From a virus (lineage: Duplodnaviria > Caudoviricetes): a stretch of DNA of 62,282 nucleotides. The notes beneath the pieces are model-generated. The model did no database searches, was not told the origin of the DNA, and saw only the letters and a list, made by a program, of their open reading frames with translations. The translations under genes were made by a program, and so were the position numbers. The stretch is taken from IMG/VR virus record IMGVR_UViG_3300006930_000010, positions 1 to 62,282 of that record; one strand, 5' to 3'. Each line of letters begins with the position of its first letter. Within the stretch, counting starts at the first letter, position 1. Positions 19,545 to 29,364 of this stretch are shown piece by piece.

Positions 19545-19979
19545 ATGTCTTACGAAGCAGAAAACGCGAACTTGGTATTGAACCTGGATGAAGTGAGTGA
19601 AAAGGTTGCATTTGAGTGTTTACCTAAAGGACAGTATGAAGCCATCGTAGATGATTGTTCATACGGAGATTCCAAAAAGGGTGCTCCAATGATTACCTGG
19701 AAGTTCAAAATTGACGATCCAGAGTTCGGTAAGAGAACAATGTTCTACTACAACGTGCTGAATCAACCATTTGGTCTATCTGCACTCAAGTCCACGTTAA
19801 TCAACTTAGGCATTGAAATCGATTGGTCTAACTTCAAACCACAAGAGTTCGCTGATATGGGAGATGCTATTGGCCTTCCACTTAAAATCGAACTTGGTAT
19901 TCAGAAGTACGAGGGAGAGAAACGTAACACAGTTAAGAAAACCTTCCCATCAGGTGAAGGCACCTCTTTCATGGACTAA
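19545..19979 (+). CDS. DUF669-like single-stranded DNA-binding protein
   Basis: GAGGAG RBS, MSYEAEN; LPKGQYEAIV...SKKGAPMITWKF...YEGEKRNTV. Confidence 0.7.
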   Translation: MSYEAENANLVLNLDEVSEKVAFECLPKGQYEAIVDDCSYGDSKKGAPMITWKFKIDDPEFGKRTMFYYNVLNQPFGLSALKSTLINLGIEIDWSNFKPQEFADMGDAIGLPLKIELGIQKYEGEKRNTVKKTFPSGEGTSFMD

Positions 19980-19988
19980 AATTGGTTT

Positions 19989-20009
19989 GGGGCCTTCGGG
20001 CCCCGTTTT
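19989..20009 (+). terminator. hairpin / terminator
   Basis: GGGGCC-TTCG-GGCCCC-GTTTT. Confidence 0.65.
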
Positions 20010-20024
20010 AACAAAGGAGGATTT

Positions 20025-20483
20025 ATGAACGTTACTGCAACAAAGGAGTTCACTTGGGATTGTGCCCATATGTTATCAGGGCATGAGGGGCTGTGCAAGA
20101 ATCTGCACGGTCATACATATAAATTAGAAGTTACGGTAGCTCGAGATAGAGGAGACTTGCAACCACTAGGACCTGCTGAGGGCATGGTGATAGACTTCAA
20201 AGAGCTTAAGGAGGTAGTAGTTCATGGGATTGTAAATCCACTAGATCATGCTACTATTATTTTTGGTCTTTCACAGGACCCCTTCGAGCGAGCCTTAGTA
20301 CAGTTGCTGCTAGAGCACGATAAGAAGATTGTGATCTTAGACTATCGACCAACAGCAGAGAATATGGTCAAGGAGTTCTTTCGCCTAATGCAATTTGAGC
20401 TTGCGGAAAAACAAGCAATGTACCATGTGGTGAAGATGAGATTATATGAGACACCAACTAGTTATGCAGAAGTCACTGAGTAG
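20025..20483 (+). CDS. queD: 6-carboxy-5,6,7,8-tetrahydropterin synthase
   Basis: CAH...CKNLHGHTY, GMVIDF, LDH, PTAEN, ETPTS. Confidence 0.92.
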   Translation: MNVTATKEFTWDCAHMLSGHEGLCKNLHGHTYKLEVTVARDRGDLQPLGPAEGMVIDFKELKEVVVHGIVNPLDHATIIFGLSQDPFERALVQLLLEHDKKIVILDYRPTAENMVKEFFRLMQFELAEKQAMYHVVKMRLYETPTSYAEVTE

Positions 20484-20688
20484 CATACTAGATTTAACAG
20501 TCCGAGAGCTATTACAGCAGAATCAGTGTGTATATATCAATGAAGAGGGACATGGAACCGGTCAACTATTCTTGGATGGTTCCAGAGTGACTAAGTTAGT
20601 TGAAGTACATATTGATGCGGCTACAGACACGTTTACAGCAGTGAAGCTGCAAGTAACAACAAAAACGAAGACGGAGGAAGTAATATGA
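20446..20688 (+). CDS. hypothetical protein
   Basis: fills the gap between queD and queE. Confidence 0.5.
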   Translation: MRHQLVMQKSLSSILDLTVRELLQQNQCVYINEEGHGTGQLFLDGSRVTKLVEVHIDAATDTFTAVKLQVTTKTKTEEVI

Positions 20689-21275
20689 CCTATCCGGTAA
20701 TGGAAGTCTTTGGATCTATCCAAGGAGAAGGAGCAATGATGGGTATGCCCGTCAATTTCATACGTCTAGCTGGATGTAATCTAGCATGTGAGTGGTGTGA
20801 CACAAAGGAATCATGGAACGCTACAGCTGATGATATGTCAGTTGAGGATATTGTAGCATTATGCAACTATCCAATTGTAGTTATCACTGGTGGAGAACCA
20901 TGCATTCATGACCTAACTGAATTACGAGAGGCTCTACAGGCTGAAGAAAAGCTAGTTTGTATTGAAACAAATGGTACACTTCCAACTGGTGAGGGTTTCG
21001 ACTGGGTTGTGTGCTCACCTAAACCACCTGAGTATTTAATACATGGTCAGTGTTGGTTTAACGAGTTGAAGTATGTTGTCGATGAAGACTTTAATGTCGA
21101 CTGTATTCCAGAAGAGCAAAAGAAAACCTGCGGATCTGTGTGGTTACAACCTTGTGATTATGGAGACGATAAGGATAAGACACAAAAGTCAATGCAACGT
21201 GCTATGGATTTGGTTCTTACTGCTGGTTATTTACGAATGGGTGTGCAGCTGCATAAGTTGCTCGGAGTTAAATAA
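20685..21275 (+). CDS. queE: 7-carboxy-7-deazaguanine synthase (radical SAM)
   Basis: SIQGEG, GCNLACEWCDT, TGGEP, IETNG, QLHK. Confidence 0.93.
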   Translation: MTYPVMEVFGSIQGEGAMMGMPVNFIRLAGCNLACEWCDTKESWNATADDMSVEDIVALCNYPIVVITGGEPCIHDLTELREALQAEEKLVCIETNGTLPTGEGFDWVVCSPKPPEYLIHGQCWFNELKYVVDEDFNVDCIPEEQKKTCGSVWLQPCDYGDDKDKTQKSMQRAMDLVLTAGYLRMGVQLHKLLGVK

Positions 21276-21277
21276 GT

Positions 21278-21517
21278 ATGAAGGCAAGTAAGGCACAAAA
21301 AGTACAACAGATGGAAACTTGGTTAATCGGTCGCGATATACAGTTTAAGAGTTTACAGAATGGACACATACAAATATTCGATCCAAGAACACAGGAGCTT
21401 AAATATCAGATGTGGGTTACCACTGAGAAGTTAAAAGAGCATAATCCAGGTGGAGAAGAAAAGGTGTGGATCGGACTTGCCGCAATACAGAACAAACTGA
21501 GGAGAGAGTATGAATAG
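21278..21517 (+). CDS. hypothetical protein
   Basis: ORF inside que operon. Confidence 0.6.
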   Translation: MKASKAQKVQQMETWLIGRDIQFKSLQNGHIQIFDPRTQELKYQMWVTTEKLKEHNPGGEEKVWIGLAAIQNKLRREYE

Positions 21518-22112
21518 CAAAAAGAAGAGACGACTGATGGAGGATGAGGTGGTTGGCGGACGAGCCAACCTCGTGTACGAGATATTGAAGACCATTCCGA
21601 AAGAGGACAGAGATCGTGCTGGTTTAGGAGACACACCTCTTCGAGTAGGATCTATGTATGACGAACTGTTTAGCGGATACCTACAGGACCCGAAAGAGAT
21701 TCTCGAGGACGCTATGTTTGTTGATGAAGGAAAAAAGAATGTTGTGTTAGTTAAAGATATACCATTCTATAGTACCTGTGAGCATCATATGATGCCATTC
21801 TTTGGAACTGTTACGATTGCCTATATTCCACAAGATGGTCGAATTGTTGGACTAAGTAAGTTAGCTCGACTAGTTGATGTGTTTGCCAGACGACTGCAAG
21901 TACAAGAACGTATTGGACAGCAGATTATGGATACGCTCAAAGAAGTAATGAATCCATTCGGTGCTGCTGTTATTATCAAAGCAAGACACACTTGTATGGA
22001 AGCTCGTGGAGTTAATAAAGTTGGAGCATATACGGTTACATCTACTCTGGATGGAGTGTTCTTTCTGGACGACAAAGCTCGTGATGAGCTATTCCAGTTA
22101 ATGCAGATATGA
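21510..22112 (+). CDS. folE: GTP cyclohydrolase I
   Basis: TPLRV, CEHHMMPF, GLSKLAR, RRLQVQER, HTCMEARG. Confidence 0.95.
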   Translation: MNSKKKRRLMEDEVVGGRANLVYEILKTIPKEDRDRAGLGDTPLRVGSMYDELFSGYLQDPKEILEDAMFVDEGKKNVVLVKDIPFYSTCEHHMMPFFGTVTIAYIPQDGRIVGLSKLARLVDVFARRLQVQERIGQQIMDTLKEVMNPFGAAVIIKARHTCMEARGVNKVGAYTVTSTLDGVFFLDDKARDELFQLMQI

Positions 22113-22453
22113 AGTCGATTGTAGTTAAAGCTCGGAAAGAGCTAATTCATCGATATGTTGACGCACCAGACGAAGTGTCCTTTCTAAGGGAGTGGCATCG
22201 TCATGAACTGCATATCGAGATGGAAGTTGACGTAAAACATTCTGATCGTGAGATTGAGTTCATCATGATTAAGAGAGAGCTGCAGTACCAATTGGATTTC
22301 AACATTAAGCTGATTAACGTTGAGAAGTCGTGTGAAATGATTGCTCAGGAAATCGCAGAGATATTTGCGATCAAACATCCAGGTCGAAAGATCAAAGTGA
22401 GTGTGTACGAAGATGGTGAGAATGGTGGAATTTACTACCATGGATTCAAATAG
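22109..22453 (+). CDS. QueD-like T-fold protein, candidate CDG decarboxylase (DpdL-like)
   Basis: LREWHRHEL (LxxxHRHx), DREIEF, SCEMIA, EDGENG; lacks the QueD CxxxHGH. Confidence 0.6.
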   Translation: MKSIVVKARKELIHRYVDAPDEVSFLREWHRHELHIEMEVDVKHSDREIEFIMIKRELQYQLDFNIKLINVEKSCEMIAQEIAEIFAIKHPGRKIKVSVYEDGENGGIYYHGFK

Positions 22454-22462
22454 GGGGAACTA

Positions 22463-23104
22463 ATGATTAATATAACAGATTATACAACACAAGCACTGAT
22501 GACAGTGAAAGATCATACATCAAAAGAGATGGCGATCGCTGACTGGGCCTTAGGATTAGGTGGTGAAACTGGAGAGGTTATCGAACTACTATCCTCTGGT
22601 GAACCTAATAAGATGGAATTAGCTAAGGAGCTAGGTGATATCCTATGGTACACGATCGCACTAGCAAATGAAGTAAATATAAACTTCCCATCTAATGCGT
22701 TTGAGGAATTAGATATCTTTGTGAATCGAAGTCATTGTACCACCTGTTTGACGGATACTAATCCCAGACAAACCGCCGTGTTGTCCATTATGACGAACAC
22801 GTGTGCAGCTCAGGAAAAAATGAAACATGCCATCATGCACAAAGAAGGATATGAAGGTAACAGCATTGAGGGAAAACTCAGTAATATTTTAGCAGGTATT
22901 GCGACAGTAGCCAAGCACTCTGGATTTACCTTATATAATGTAGCTGAACTCAATGCCGCAAAACTGGCCCATCGTTACAACGTAAAGAATGGAGGTCAGT
23001 ATTCAGTTGCGGCTAGTGCTGATAGACATGCGACTGAATCTAAGTTTGAAGATACAGCAGAGTTTAAGGCACTGTATCAAGCTATCACAGGCCTGGTATG
23101 CTAA
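22463..23104 (+). CDS. MazG-like NTP pyrophosphohydrolase
   Basis: LGLGGETGEVIE...KELGDILWY; N..KLAHRY. Confidence 0.8.
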   Translation: MINITDYTTQALMTVKDHTSKEMAIADWALGLGGETGEVIELLSSGEPNKMELAKELGDILWYTIALANEVNINFPSNAFEELDIFVNRSHCTTCLTDTNPRQTAVLSIMTNTCAAQEKMKHAIMHKEGYEGNSIEGKLSNILAGIATVAKHSGFTLYNVAELNAAKLAHRYNVKNGGQYSVAASADRHATESKFEDTAEFKALYQAITGLVC

Positions 23105-23625
23105 AGATCATTGTAGAGGGTATTGATAATGTAGGTAAGAGTACTATTGCTGGTCGTTTGGCTAAGCATTACCGCTTACCTTTATATCACGCAGAACGAC
23201 TAGATCGTGATCATATGATGCGAATTGTCACAGATGATATTATCAAGTGTGGACTGATGGACAAGGGCATTATCTTTGATCGATACTACACATCGGACAT
23301 TGTATATGAACCCCTGATGAAACATCAACCGTCACCGTTAGCTGAGCATATGGATGTTCTCTTGTCTAGATTGGACGAGATGGAATTCATTTATATCACC
23401 CTAGTGTGTACTCCAGCAGTAACGATTCAACGTTATGAGGAGTTGGGTGATGAGCTACAGAGTTTGAATACTATATTAGCTGCCGCTGATGGATATAAAA
23501 AATTGCATCGACTGATGAGCTGTAATAAGATTCTATTTGACGTATCCGAGCGGGATGTAGATTCAAATGTACGTATCTTAATTGAACTTATTGATCAACT
23601 GAAAACAGAAAGAGGTATAGAATGA
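23098..23625 (+). CDS. dNMP (thymidylate-like) kinase
   Basis: IIVEGIDNVGKST P-loop, FDRYYTSDIVY. Confidence 0.8.
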   Translation: MLKIIVEGIDNVGKSTIAGRLAKHYRLPLYHAERLDRDHMMRIVTDDIIKCGLMDKGIIFDRYYTSDIVYEPLMKHQPSPLAEHMDVLLSRLDEMEFIYITLVCTPAVTIQRYEELGDELQSLNTILAAADGYKKLHRLMSCNKILFDVSERDVDSNVRILIELIDQLKTERGIE

Positions 23626-24407
23626 AAGTAGCAACAATTCTTCCAACCCCCCTACTAGGCCAGGAACCTGCAACTGACTACAACATGTGTTTGTTTCATA
23701 TGGTTCGAGATAATGAGGAGTACGCAAAGTACTTTAGAACACTACGAGATCAAGGTAAGTTTGTTATCATGGATAACGGAGCCGCTGAGGGAGTTAATCC
23801 ATCTCCTGCTGAGCTGGCTGCTGTGTATAAGAAAGTACAACCCTCTGAGATCGTATTACCAGACATCGTATATGATAAAGAAGAAACTCTTCGAAGAACC
23901 AAAGAAGCATATATTCAGTTCTGTGACGAATTTATGCATCAACGATATCAGTTCATGGCCGTTCCTCAAGGTGAAACATTTCATGAGTGGCTGTCTTGTA
24001 TGACTGAGATGATGCAACAAAGACACATCACTACTATTGGAGTGTCTAAGTTCGTTACTCCGAAGTACCAGGAGGAGATGGGTAAGGGTACAAACGTTCG
24101 TTTAGAGTGCGTTGATGCCATTATTACTGAAGCAGCACGTCTTGGTGTTGCAATGCAGATCCATCTATTAGGTTGCTGGGATAATCCAGCAGAGGTTGGA
24201 GAGATTGACAGAGCCTTTGGAGATCGAGTACGAGGTACAGACTCCGCCATCGCTTATGTTTATACTCGAGCAGGCAAAATATACACACCAGATATCAACA
24301 GACCGGACAATACAGAAATTGACTTTAACCACGGTAGCACTGGTAAGGGTGACGTAGGTCTGCTTCAGCAGAATATGAACTCCTGGATAAAGTATTGCCA
24401 GGCATAA
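23622..24407 (+). CDS. TGT-fold protein, candidate DpdA-type 7-deazaguanine transglycosylase
   Basis: MDNGAAE, VLPD, MAVPQG, IHLLG, GTDS motif order mirrors TGT barrel; located in que cluster. Confidence 0.6.
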   Translation: MKVATILPTPLLGQEPATDYNMCLFHMVRDNEEYAKYFRTLRDQGKFVIMDNGAAEGVNPSPAELAAVYKKVQPSEIVLPDIVYDKEETLRRTKEAYIQFCDEFMHQRYQFMAVPQGETFHEWLSCMTEMMQQRHITTIGVSKFVTPKYQEEMGKGTNVRLECVDAIITEAARLGVAMQIHLLGCWDNPAEVGEIDRAFGDRVRGTDSAIAYVYTRAGKIYTPDINRPDNTEIDFNHGSTGKGDVGLLQQNMNSWIKYCQA

Positions 24408-24413
24408 TAAGTT

Positions 24414-24446
24414 GGAGAGCGTATATAATTGCGCTCTCTTTACTTT
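24414..24446 (+). terminator. possible intrinsic terminator
   Basis: GGAGAGCG...CGCTCTCT then T-rich tract. Confidence 0.5.
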
Positions 24447-24475
24447 ATTTATAACGACGAGAGAGGAACAATACT

Positions 24476-26932
24476 ATGATTAGAAATGAAATGGGGAGAT
24501 TAGAAATGTCTCCATTACCTCCCGTGAAGAAAGCAAAGATCGTGATTATCGGTGAGTTTCCAAATGCTACCGAAATTAGAGAGGGACAGTACTTCATCAG
24601 TGATGGAGCAGATGTTTTACGGAAAACGTTAAGTCAATGTGGAATCTTGATTGAAGACTGCTATTTTACTGTAGCTTGTCCTTATTTAATGAGTAAGAAG
24701 AATAAAGTAATTCCACCAGAAAGATATCAGAGAGAACGTAATCGGCTACTACAGGAAATTAAAGATAGTGGAGCTACCCTAGTTATGCCTTTGGGTGCAT
24801 TTACAACTTGTGTTCTACTTAACAAGAAGGCACTACCAATTACTAGAGTATTGGGTAACCAATTAGATATAGCGGAATTACCTGGGGTATCAATTATACC
24901 TCAATATCATCCAGCTGTGTTGATGCACAATCCTGGTCAGTATAAGGTATTTCAGAATGTTATTAACACAGTAGCACAAGCTTACCTAGGACAGACATTA
25001 GATGCTGGAATCACTCAATGGTCATACTGCGAGTCTAGAGAAGAACTGAAGCAGCTGATTGAGGATGTACAGAAGCGACCATGGGTATCTGCCGATATTG
25101 AGACCACTCCAATTGGACATACGCCTGTACTTATATGGAATCTAGGAATACAGATCGCAAAGAATGTATCTAAGGTAGTGACGAGAGAAGCTATGGTGTT
25201 CCATCCAGACCTAATTAGACAATTATTCAGCCTTCCCACCTTGTGGGTTTGGCATCATGGTAAGTATGATACAACAGTATGGCATAATGCAGGATTTACT
25301 GAGGCCAGACTAGATCATGACACAATGTATCAACACTATTGCCTCAATGAAACAAATGGTACTCATAGCTTGGGTAAGTGTTCTACGGTATATCTTGGAG
25401 CTGATGAATATAAGAGTGAGATGAACTCACAGTTCAAATTCATTACGACTGAAGAAGAGTATTATAAACACAAAGACGCGTTATGTGCTCGTGTGGCAAT
25501 AGATGCCGACTACACAGGTCAGCTATTTGAAGTATTCAAACCTATGATTGAGAACGAACCTGATTTCGTAAAGCTCTACAATAAGATATTGATGCCAGCT
25601 GCCAACTTTCTACGCAAAGTAGAAATGCGAGGTATGAAGATCGATAGAGAGTATCTATTGAGTCGAGTACCATATTATGAGTCTGAAATCGAAGAGATGA
25701 CAACCGCGATCCAGGATGCAGCTTCTACGTTTTGGAATCAAGAGGCCTATCGAGAACAAACTGGAGCTAAGACCGCATCCGATGTATTTAAACCTACCAG
25801 TGTCAAGCAACTAGCTTGGTTGATCTATGATCGACTCAAGCTTAAACCCAAGTTACGAGGGGCTCCAAAAAGAGGTACGGGTGAGGAGGTACTTGAGTCT
25901 ATCGAGAACCCACCAGAGTTCATATTGCGTATTTTAGACCTTAGAAAGATCAAGAAGGAGTTTGCGACTTATGTTATGAGCTATCTCAAGTGTGCTGATA
26001 CTGATGACATTGTGCATCCGACATTCAACTTACATATTACCGCAACAGGACGACTGAGTTGTGTTGAGCCTAATGTACAGAATGTACCAAGTGGTAAGGC
26101 AGAAGTACGAGACTCTTTTGTTCCTAGAGGACCTGGTCGAGTATTGATGGAGGTGGATTATTCTGGAGCTGAGTTACGAGTTCTAGCTTATCTATCTAAC
26201 GACAAGAAGCTTACAGAGGCACTTGTTAATGGTGACCTACATAGTGAGGTTGCTGTAAGTATCTTTGGTGATGCATACACAAATGGTACTTCTCAAGAAA
26301 TGAAGAACCTGCGAGGAAAAGCTAAGACTGTAAACTTTGGTATTGCATATGGTCGAGGAGCTGGAGATCTATCGAACACATTTGATGTGACGAAGGAAGA
26401 AGCTCAACGCTGGATTGATACTTGGGCTCTTATGTATACAGACGCCTGGGCTTATCTACAATCATGTGAGGATGCTGTACGTCGAGGTGAAACATTAACA
26501 ACTCTGTTTGGACGTCATCGACGATTTGGTTTGATTCATCAAGGGAATATTAAGTCACTGTCAAACGAGGCTAAGAACTTCCGAGTTCAGAGTATCTCAT
26601 CAGACAATACACTACTGGCAGCTATGGAAGCAGATTCAACACTCGAGTACACATACGACGCATACATTATTAATTTAATCCATGACTCTGTGTTAATTGA
26701 TTGTCCTGCCGATCCAGCTACAGTGAAAGCGATCGCATCCTATATGATGAAGGTGATGGTGGAAACGCCTATTAAAGAATATAATTGTACAGTCCCATTC
26801 CACTCAGATGTTGATATCGGAGCTCGTTGGGGTTCTCTAGCATCCTACGATGTCGACACAGAAACAGTAAACTACAAGAAAGAGGAGTTCAGCTATTCAG
26901 ACTGGATTCAATCAAAAGGTGTGTCCTTCTAG
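24476..26932 (+). CDS. polA: family A DNA polymerase with N-terminal UDG-like domain and 3'-5' exonuclease
   Basis: GEFPN...HPA UDG-like; DIET exo; ATGRLS, DYSGAELR, KTVNFGIAYG, IHDS. Confidence 0.93.
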   Translation: MIRNEMGRLEMSPLPPVKKAKIVIIGEFPNATEIREGQYFISDGADVLRKTLSQCGILIEDCYFTVACPYLMSKKNKVIPPERYQRERNRLLQEIKDSGATLVMPLGAFTTCVLLNKKALPITRVLGNQLDIAELPGVSIIPQYHPAVLMHNPGQYKVFQNVINTVAQAYLGQTLDAGITQWSYCESREELKQLIEDVQKRPWVSADIETTPIGHTPVLIWNLGIQIAKNVSKVVTREAMVFHPDLIRQLFSLPTLWVWHHGKYDTTVWHNAGFTEARLDHDTMYQHYCLNETNGTHSLGKCSTVYLGADEYKSEMNSQFKFITTEEEYYKHKDALCARVAIDADYTGQLFEVFKPMIENEPDFVKLYNKILMPAANFLRKVEMRGMKIDREYLLSRVPYYESEIEEMTTAIQDAASTFWNQEAYREQTGAKTASDVFKPTSVKQLAWLIYDRLKLKPKLRGAPKRGTGEEVLESIENPPEFILRILDLRKIKKEFATYVMSYLKCADTDDIVHPTFNLHITATGRLSCVEPNVQNVPSGKAEVRDSFVPRGPGRVLMEVDYSGAELRVLAYLSNDKKLTEALVNGDLHSEVAVSIFGDAYTNGTSQEMKNLRGKAKTVNFGIAYGRGAGDLSNTFDVTKEEAQRWIDTWALMYTDAWAYLQSCEDAVRRGETLTTLFGRHRRFGLIHQGNIKSLSNEAKNFRVQSISSDNTLLAAMEADSTLEYTYDAYIINLIHDSVLIDCPADPATVKAIASYMMKVMVETPIKEYNCTVPFHSDVDIGARWGSLASYDVDTETVNYKKEEFSYSDWIQSKGVSF

Positions 26933-26971
26933 CAAGAAGTGTCATATAAATTTATACTGTAGGAGGTATGT

Positions 26972-28747
26972 ATGTTAAGCAGCAAGACGTTGGTCGAGGA
27001 TTACGTACGAGGACATGACTGGAGAGTCAAAGAAAATGCTAGTACCCCATTTAGTTATGGGGCACTAGGGAAGTACATCTTAAGTGAAGTACAAAAAGAT
27101 TATTGGTTGCGTGAGGTGTACACTCCAAACATTGTAGACGCCTACCGTGATGGATCATTGCACATTCATGATCTAGGTGGATTAACCATCTACTGTTGTG
27201 GTTACTCACTAAAGTTAATACTATTGTGGGGAGTTAAGGGAGTAGGTAATATACCTACGTCGGCACCAGCAAAACACTTTGCAGCCGTAATTAACCAGTT
27301 AGTGAATCTAACTTCTGTTTTTCAGAACGAGATTATGGGAGCTGTAGCCTTTAGTTCTGTCGATACTTTACTAGCACCATTCATTAAGGAGGATGAATTA
27401 ACTTACGCAGAGGTACGACAAAATGTTCAAAACTTTGTGTTCAGTATCAACAGTAATAGCAGAGCTGGGGCTGAGCCAGCATTCAGTAATATAACGTTGG
27501 ATCTAACTCCCCCAGCCGATCTACTTAATGAGAAGGTTATCGTTGGTGGGAAAATGTTAGATTATACCTACAAGGAATGCCAACGAGAAATGGATATGTT
27601 TAATAAAGCATTCTACGAAGTCATGATCGAAGGTGATTTCGACGAAGTACCATTTGCGTATCCAATTCCAACATACAACATACACAAACGGTTTGACTGG
27701 GATAACAAAAACAACGAACTCCTATGGGAGATGACAGGTAAGTATGGAACACCATATTTCGCCAACTTCGGACCTCATAGTGATATGGACCCAGCGGATG
27801 CGAGATCTATGTGTTGTAGATTGAGACTAGACAAACGAGAACTACTAAGACGTGGTGGTGGTTTATTTGGTGCTGGAGATAGTACAGGCTCGATCGGTGT
27901 GGTTACACTTGATCTACCTAGATTTGGTTACTGTGCAAAGAGCAAGCAACAATTCTTTGGTGACTTAGAGTACTTCATGGATATAGCAAGAGACTCGTTA
28001 GAGATCAAGCGAACCTATCTTGAGGATGAGATCTTAGGTAAGGACCTACTACCAGCATTTAGTACGTATGTTGGGACTCTGCGGAGCCACTTCAGTACCA
28101 TTGGTTATGTGGGTATGAATGAAATGTGCTTGAACCTATTGGGGTATGACATCGTAGATCCAAGAGGTAAGGAGTTCAGTCTCGAAGTCTTAGAATTCAT
28201 GAGAGAGAAGTTACGAGAGTATCAAGAGCAGACAGGTAATCTATACAACCTAGAGGCCACTCCGGCTGAGAGTACTTGCTATCGATTGGCCTTAAAGGAT
28301 CGTAAGATGTTCCCAGGCATCATTACTCAGGGAACTGAGGAAGCTCCATACTACACTAATAGTTGTCATATGCCTGCATCAAGTATGCATACGATACAGC
28401 AGATAACCGAACATCAGGAAGAGCTACAAGCCTTGCATACTGGAGGGACGGTTATCCATTATTTCCTAGATGGACCTATCCCTGCAGCGGCAGCCAAGAA
28501 AATAGTGCAAACGGTTATTGCACAGTCAGCAACCCCCTATATTAGCTTGTCACCGGTAAATTGCTTCTGCCCAGAACATGGTATGTTAGCTGCTACCTAT
28601 GATGAGTGCCCGCACTGTGGAGTTCGAACTGAGAAGTATCAAAGAATTACTGGGTACCGAAGAAACGTAGATTTGTTCAATCCCGGTAAGGCTTCAGAGT
28701 TTAAAGACAGAGTTCAGATGAAAGTTTTGAAAGATGATAACATTTAA
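26972..28747 (+). CDS. nrdD: class III anaerobic ribonucleotide reductase (no ATP cone)
   Basis: HIHDL, MCCRL, EATPAES, YYTNS, CxxH...CPHC, RITGY glycyl-radical motif. Confidence 0.92.
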   Translation: MLSSKTLVEDYVRGHDWRVKENASTPFSYGALGKYILSEVQKDYWLREVYTPNIVDAYRDGSLHIHDLGGLTIYCCGYSLKLILLWGVKGVGNIPTSAPAKHFAAVINQLVNLTSVFQNEIMGAVAFSSVDTLLAPFIKEDELTYAEVRQNVQNFVFSINSNSRAGAEPAFSNITLDLTPPADLLNEKVIVGGKMLDYTYKECQREMDMFNKAFYEVMIEGDFDEVPFAYPIPTYNIHKRFDWDNKNNELLWEMTGKYGTPYFANFGPHSDMDPADARSMCCRLRLDKRELLRRGGGLFGAGDSTGSIGVVTLDLPRFGYCAKSKQQFFGDLEYFMDIARDSLEIKRTYLEDEILGKDLLPAFSTYVGTLRSHFSTIGYVGMNEMCLNLLGYDIVDPRGKEFSLEVLEFMREKLREYQEQTGNLYNLEATPAESTCYRLALKDRKMFPGIITQGTEEAPYYTNSCHMPASSMHTIQQITEHQEELQALHTGGTVIHYFLDGPIPAAAAKKIVQTVIAQSATPYISLSPVNCFCPEHGMLAATYDECPHCGVRTEKYQRITGYRRNVDLFNPGKASEFKDRVQMKVLKDDNI

Positions 28748-29186
28748 GGGTATTGAGGAAGAAAGACTAGGAGAGGCTCCATTCATTGGAGCCCTCCTCC
28801 TGGCTGCAGATTGCTTTGGTAGCTGTCCTGGATGCTTTAACCAGCACATCAAAACATTGCCTGATGTTACAATGACGGCAGATGAGATATTAGATCAGGT
28901 AGCTCAGAATCCTCTTCATGAGGGTATTATCTTTGGAGGATTAGAGTGGACTGAGCAACCGGCAGACCTTCTATTCCTTATTGGAAAGGCGATGGCTCGT
29001 AAGTACCAGGTGATGTTATACACTAGCCGGACTGAGCAAGAGTTGTTTAAAGAGATTCCAGATCTAAAGGGAGTTCCAATGTGGATCAAATTTGGTGCCT
29101 ACGACGAATCACGTAGAGTATATGATTATGCTAGCTATGGAGTTCTGCTGGCGTCAGGTAATCAATATATCAAGTATTGTAAATAG
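28734..29186 (+). CDS. nrdG: anaerobic RNR activating enzyme
   Basis: CFGSCPGCFN radical SAM motif, ASGNQ, follows nrdD. Confidence 0.8.
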   Translation: MITFKGIEEERLGEAPFIGALLLAADCFGSCPGCFNQHIKTLPDVTMTADEILDQVAQNPLHEGIIFGGLEWTEQPADLLFLIGKAMARKYQVMLYTSRTEQELFKEIPDLKGVPMWIKFGAYDESRRVYDYASYGVLLASGNQYIKYCK

Positions 29187-29208
29187 ACGATAATAGTAAT
29201 GAATAAAC

Positions 29209-29247
29209 AAAAAGAACCGCATATTATAGCGGTTCTTTTCTTTGTTT
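29209..29247. terminator. bidirectional terminator between convergent operons
   Basis: AAAAGAACCGC-ATATTATA-GCGGTTCTTTT. Confidence 0.75.
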
Positions 29248-29364
29248 CGGAAAGTGTGAAAAATCTCGTGCGTGAATTGGAACCTAGTTGGCTCCTTTAT
29301 TTTTTGAATTAAAAAGCACCCTTTCGAGTGCTTAATGGCCATTTTATTTAGTTCGCAATTTTGA

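Noticed and set aside
20025-24407. Queuosine tRNA pathway or preQ0/dG+ modification
   Set aside because: No queC, queF or gat-queC in the window; a host QueC or genes outside the window cannot be excluded.
24476-28747. Introns or inteins in polA and nrdD
   Set aside because: ORFs are continuous with normal motif spacing and no intein termini seen.
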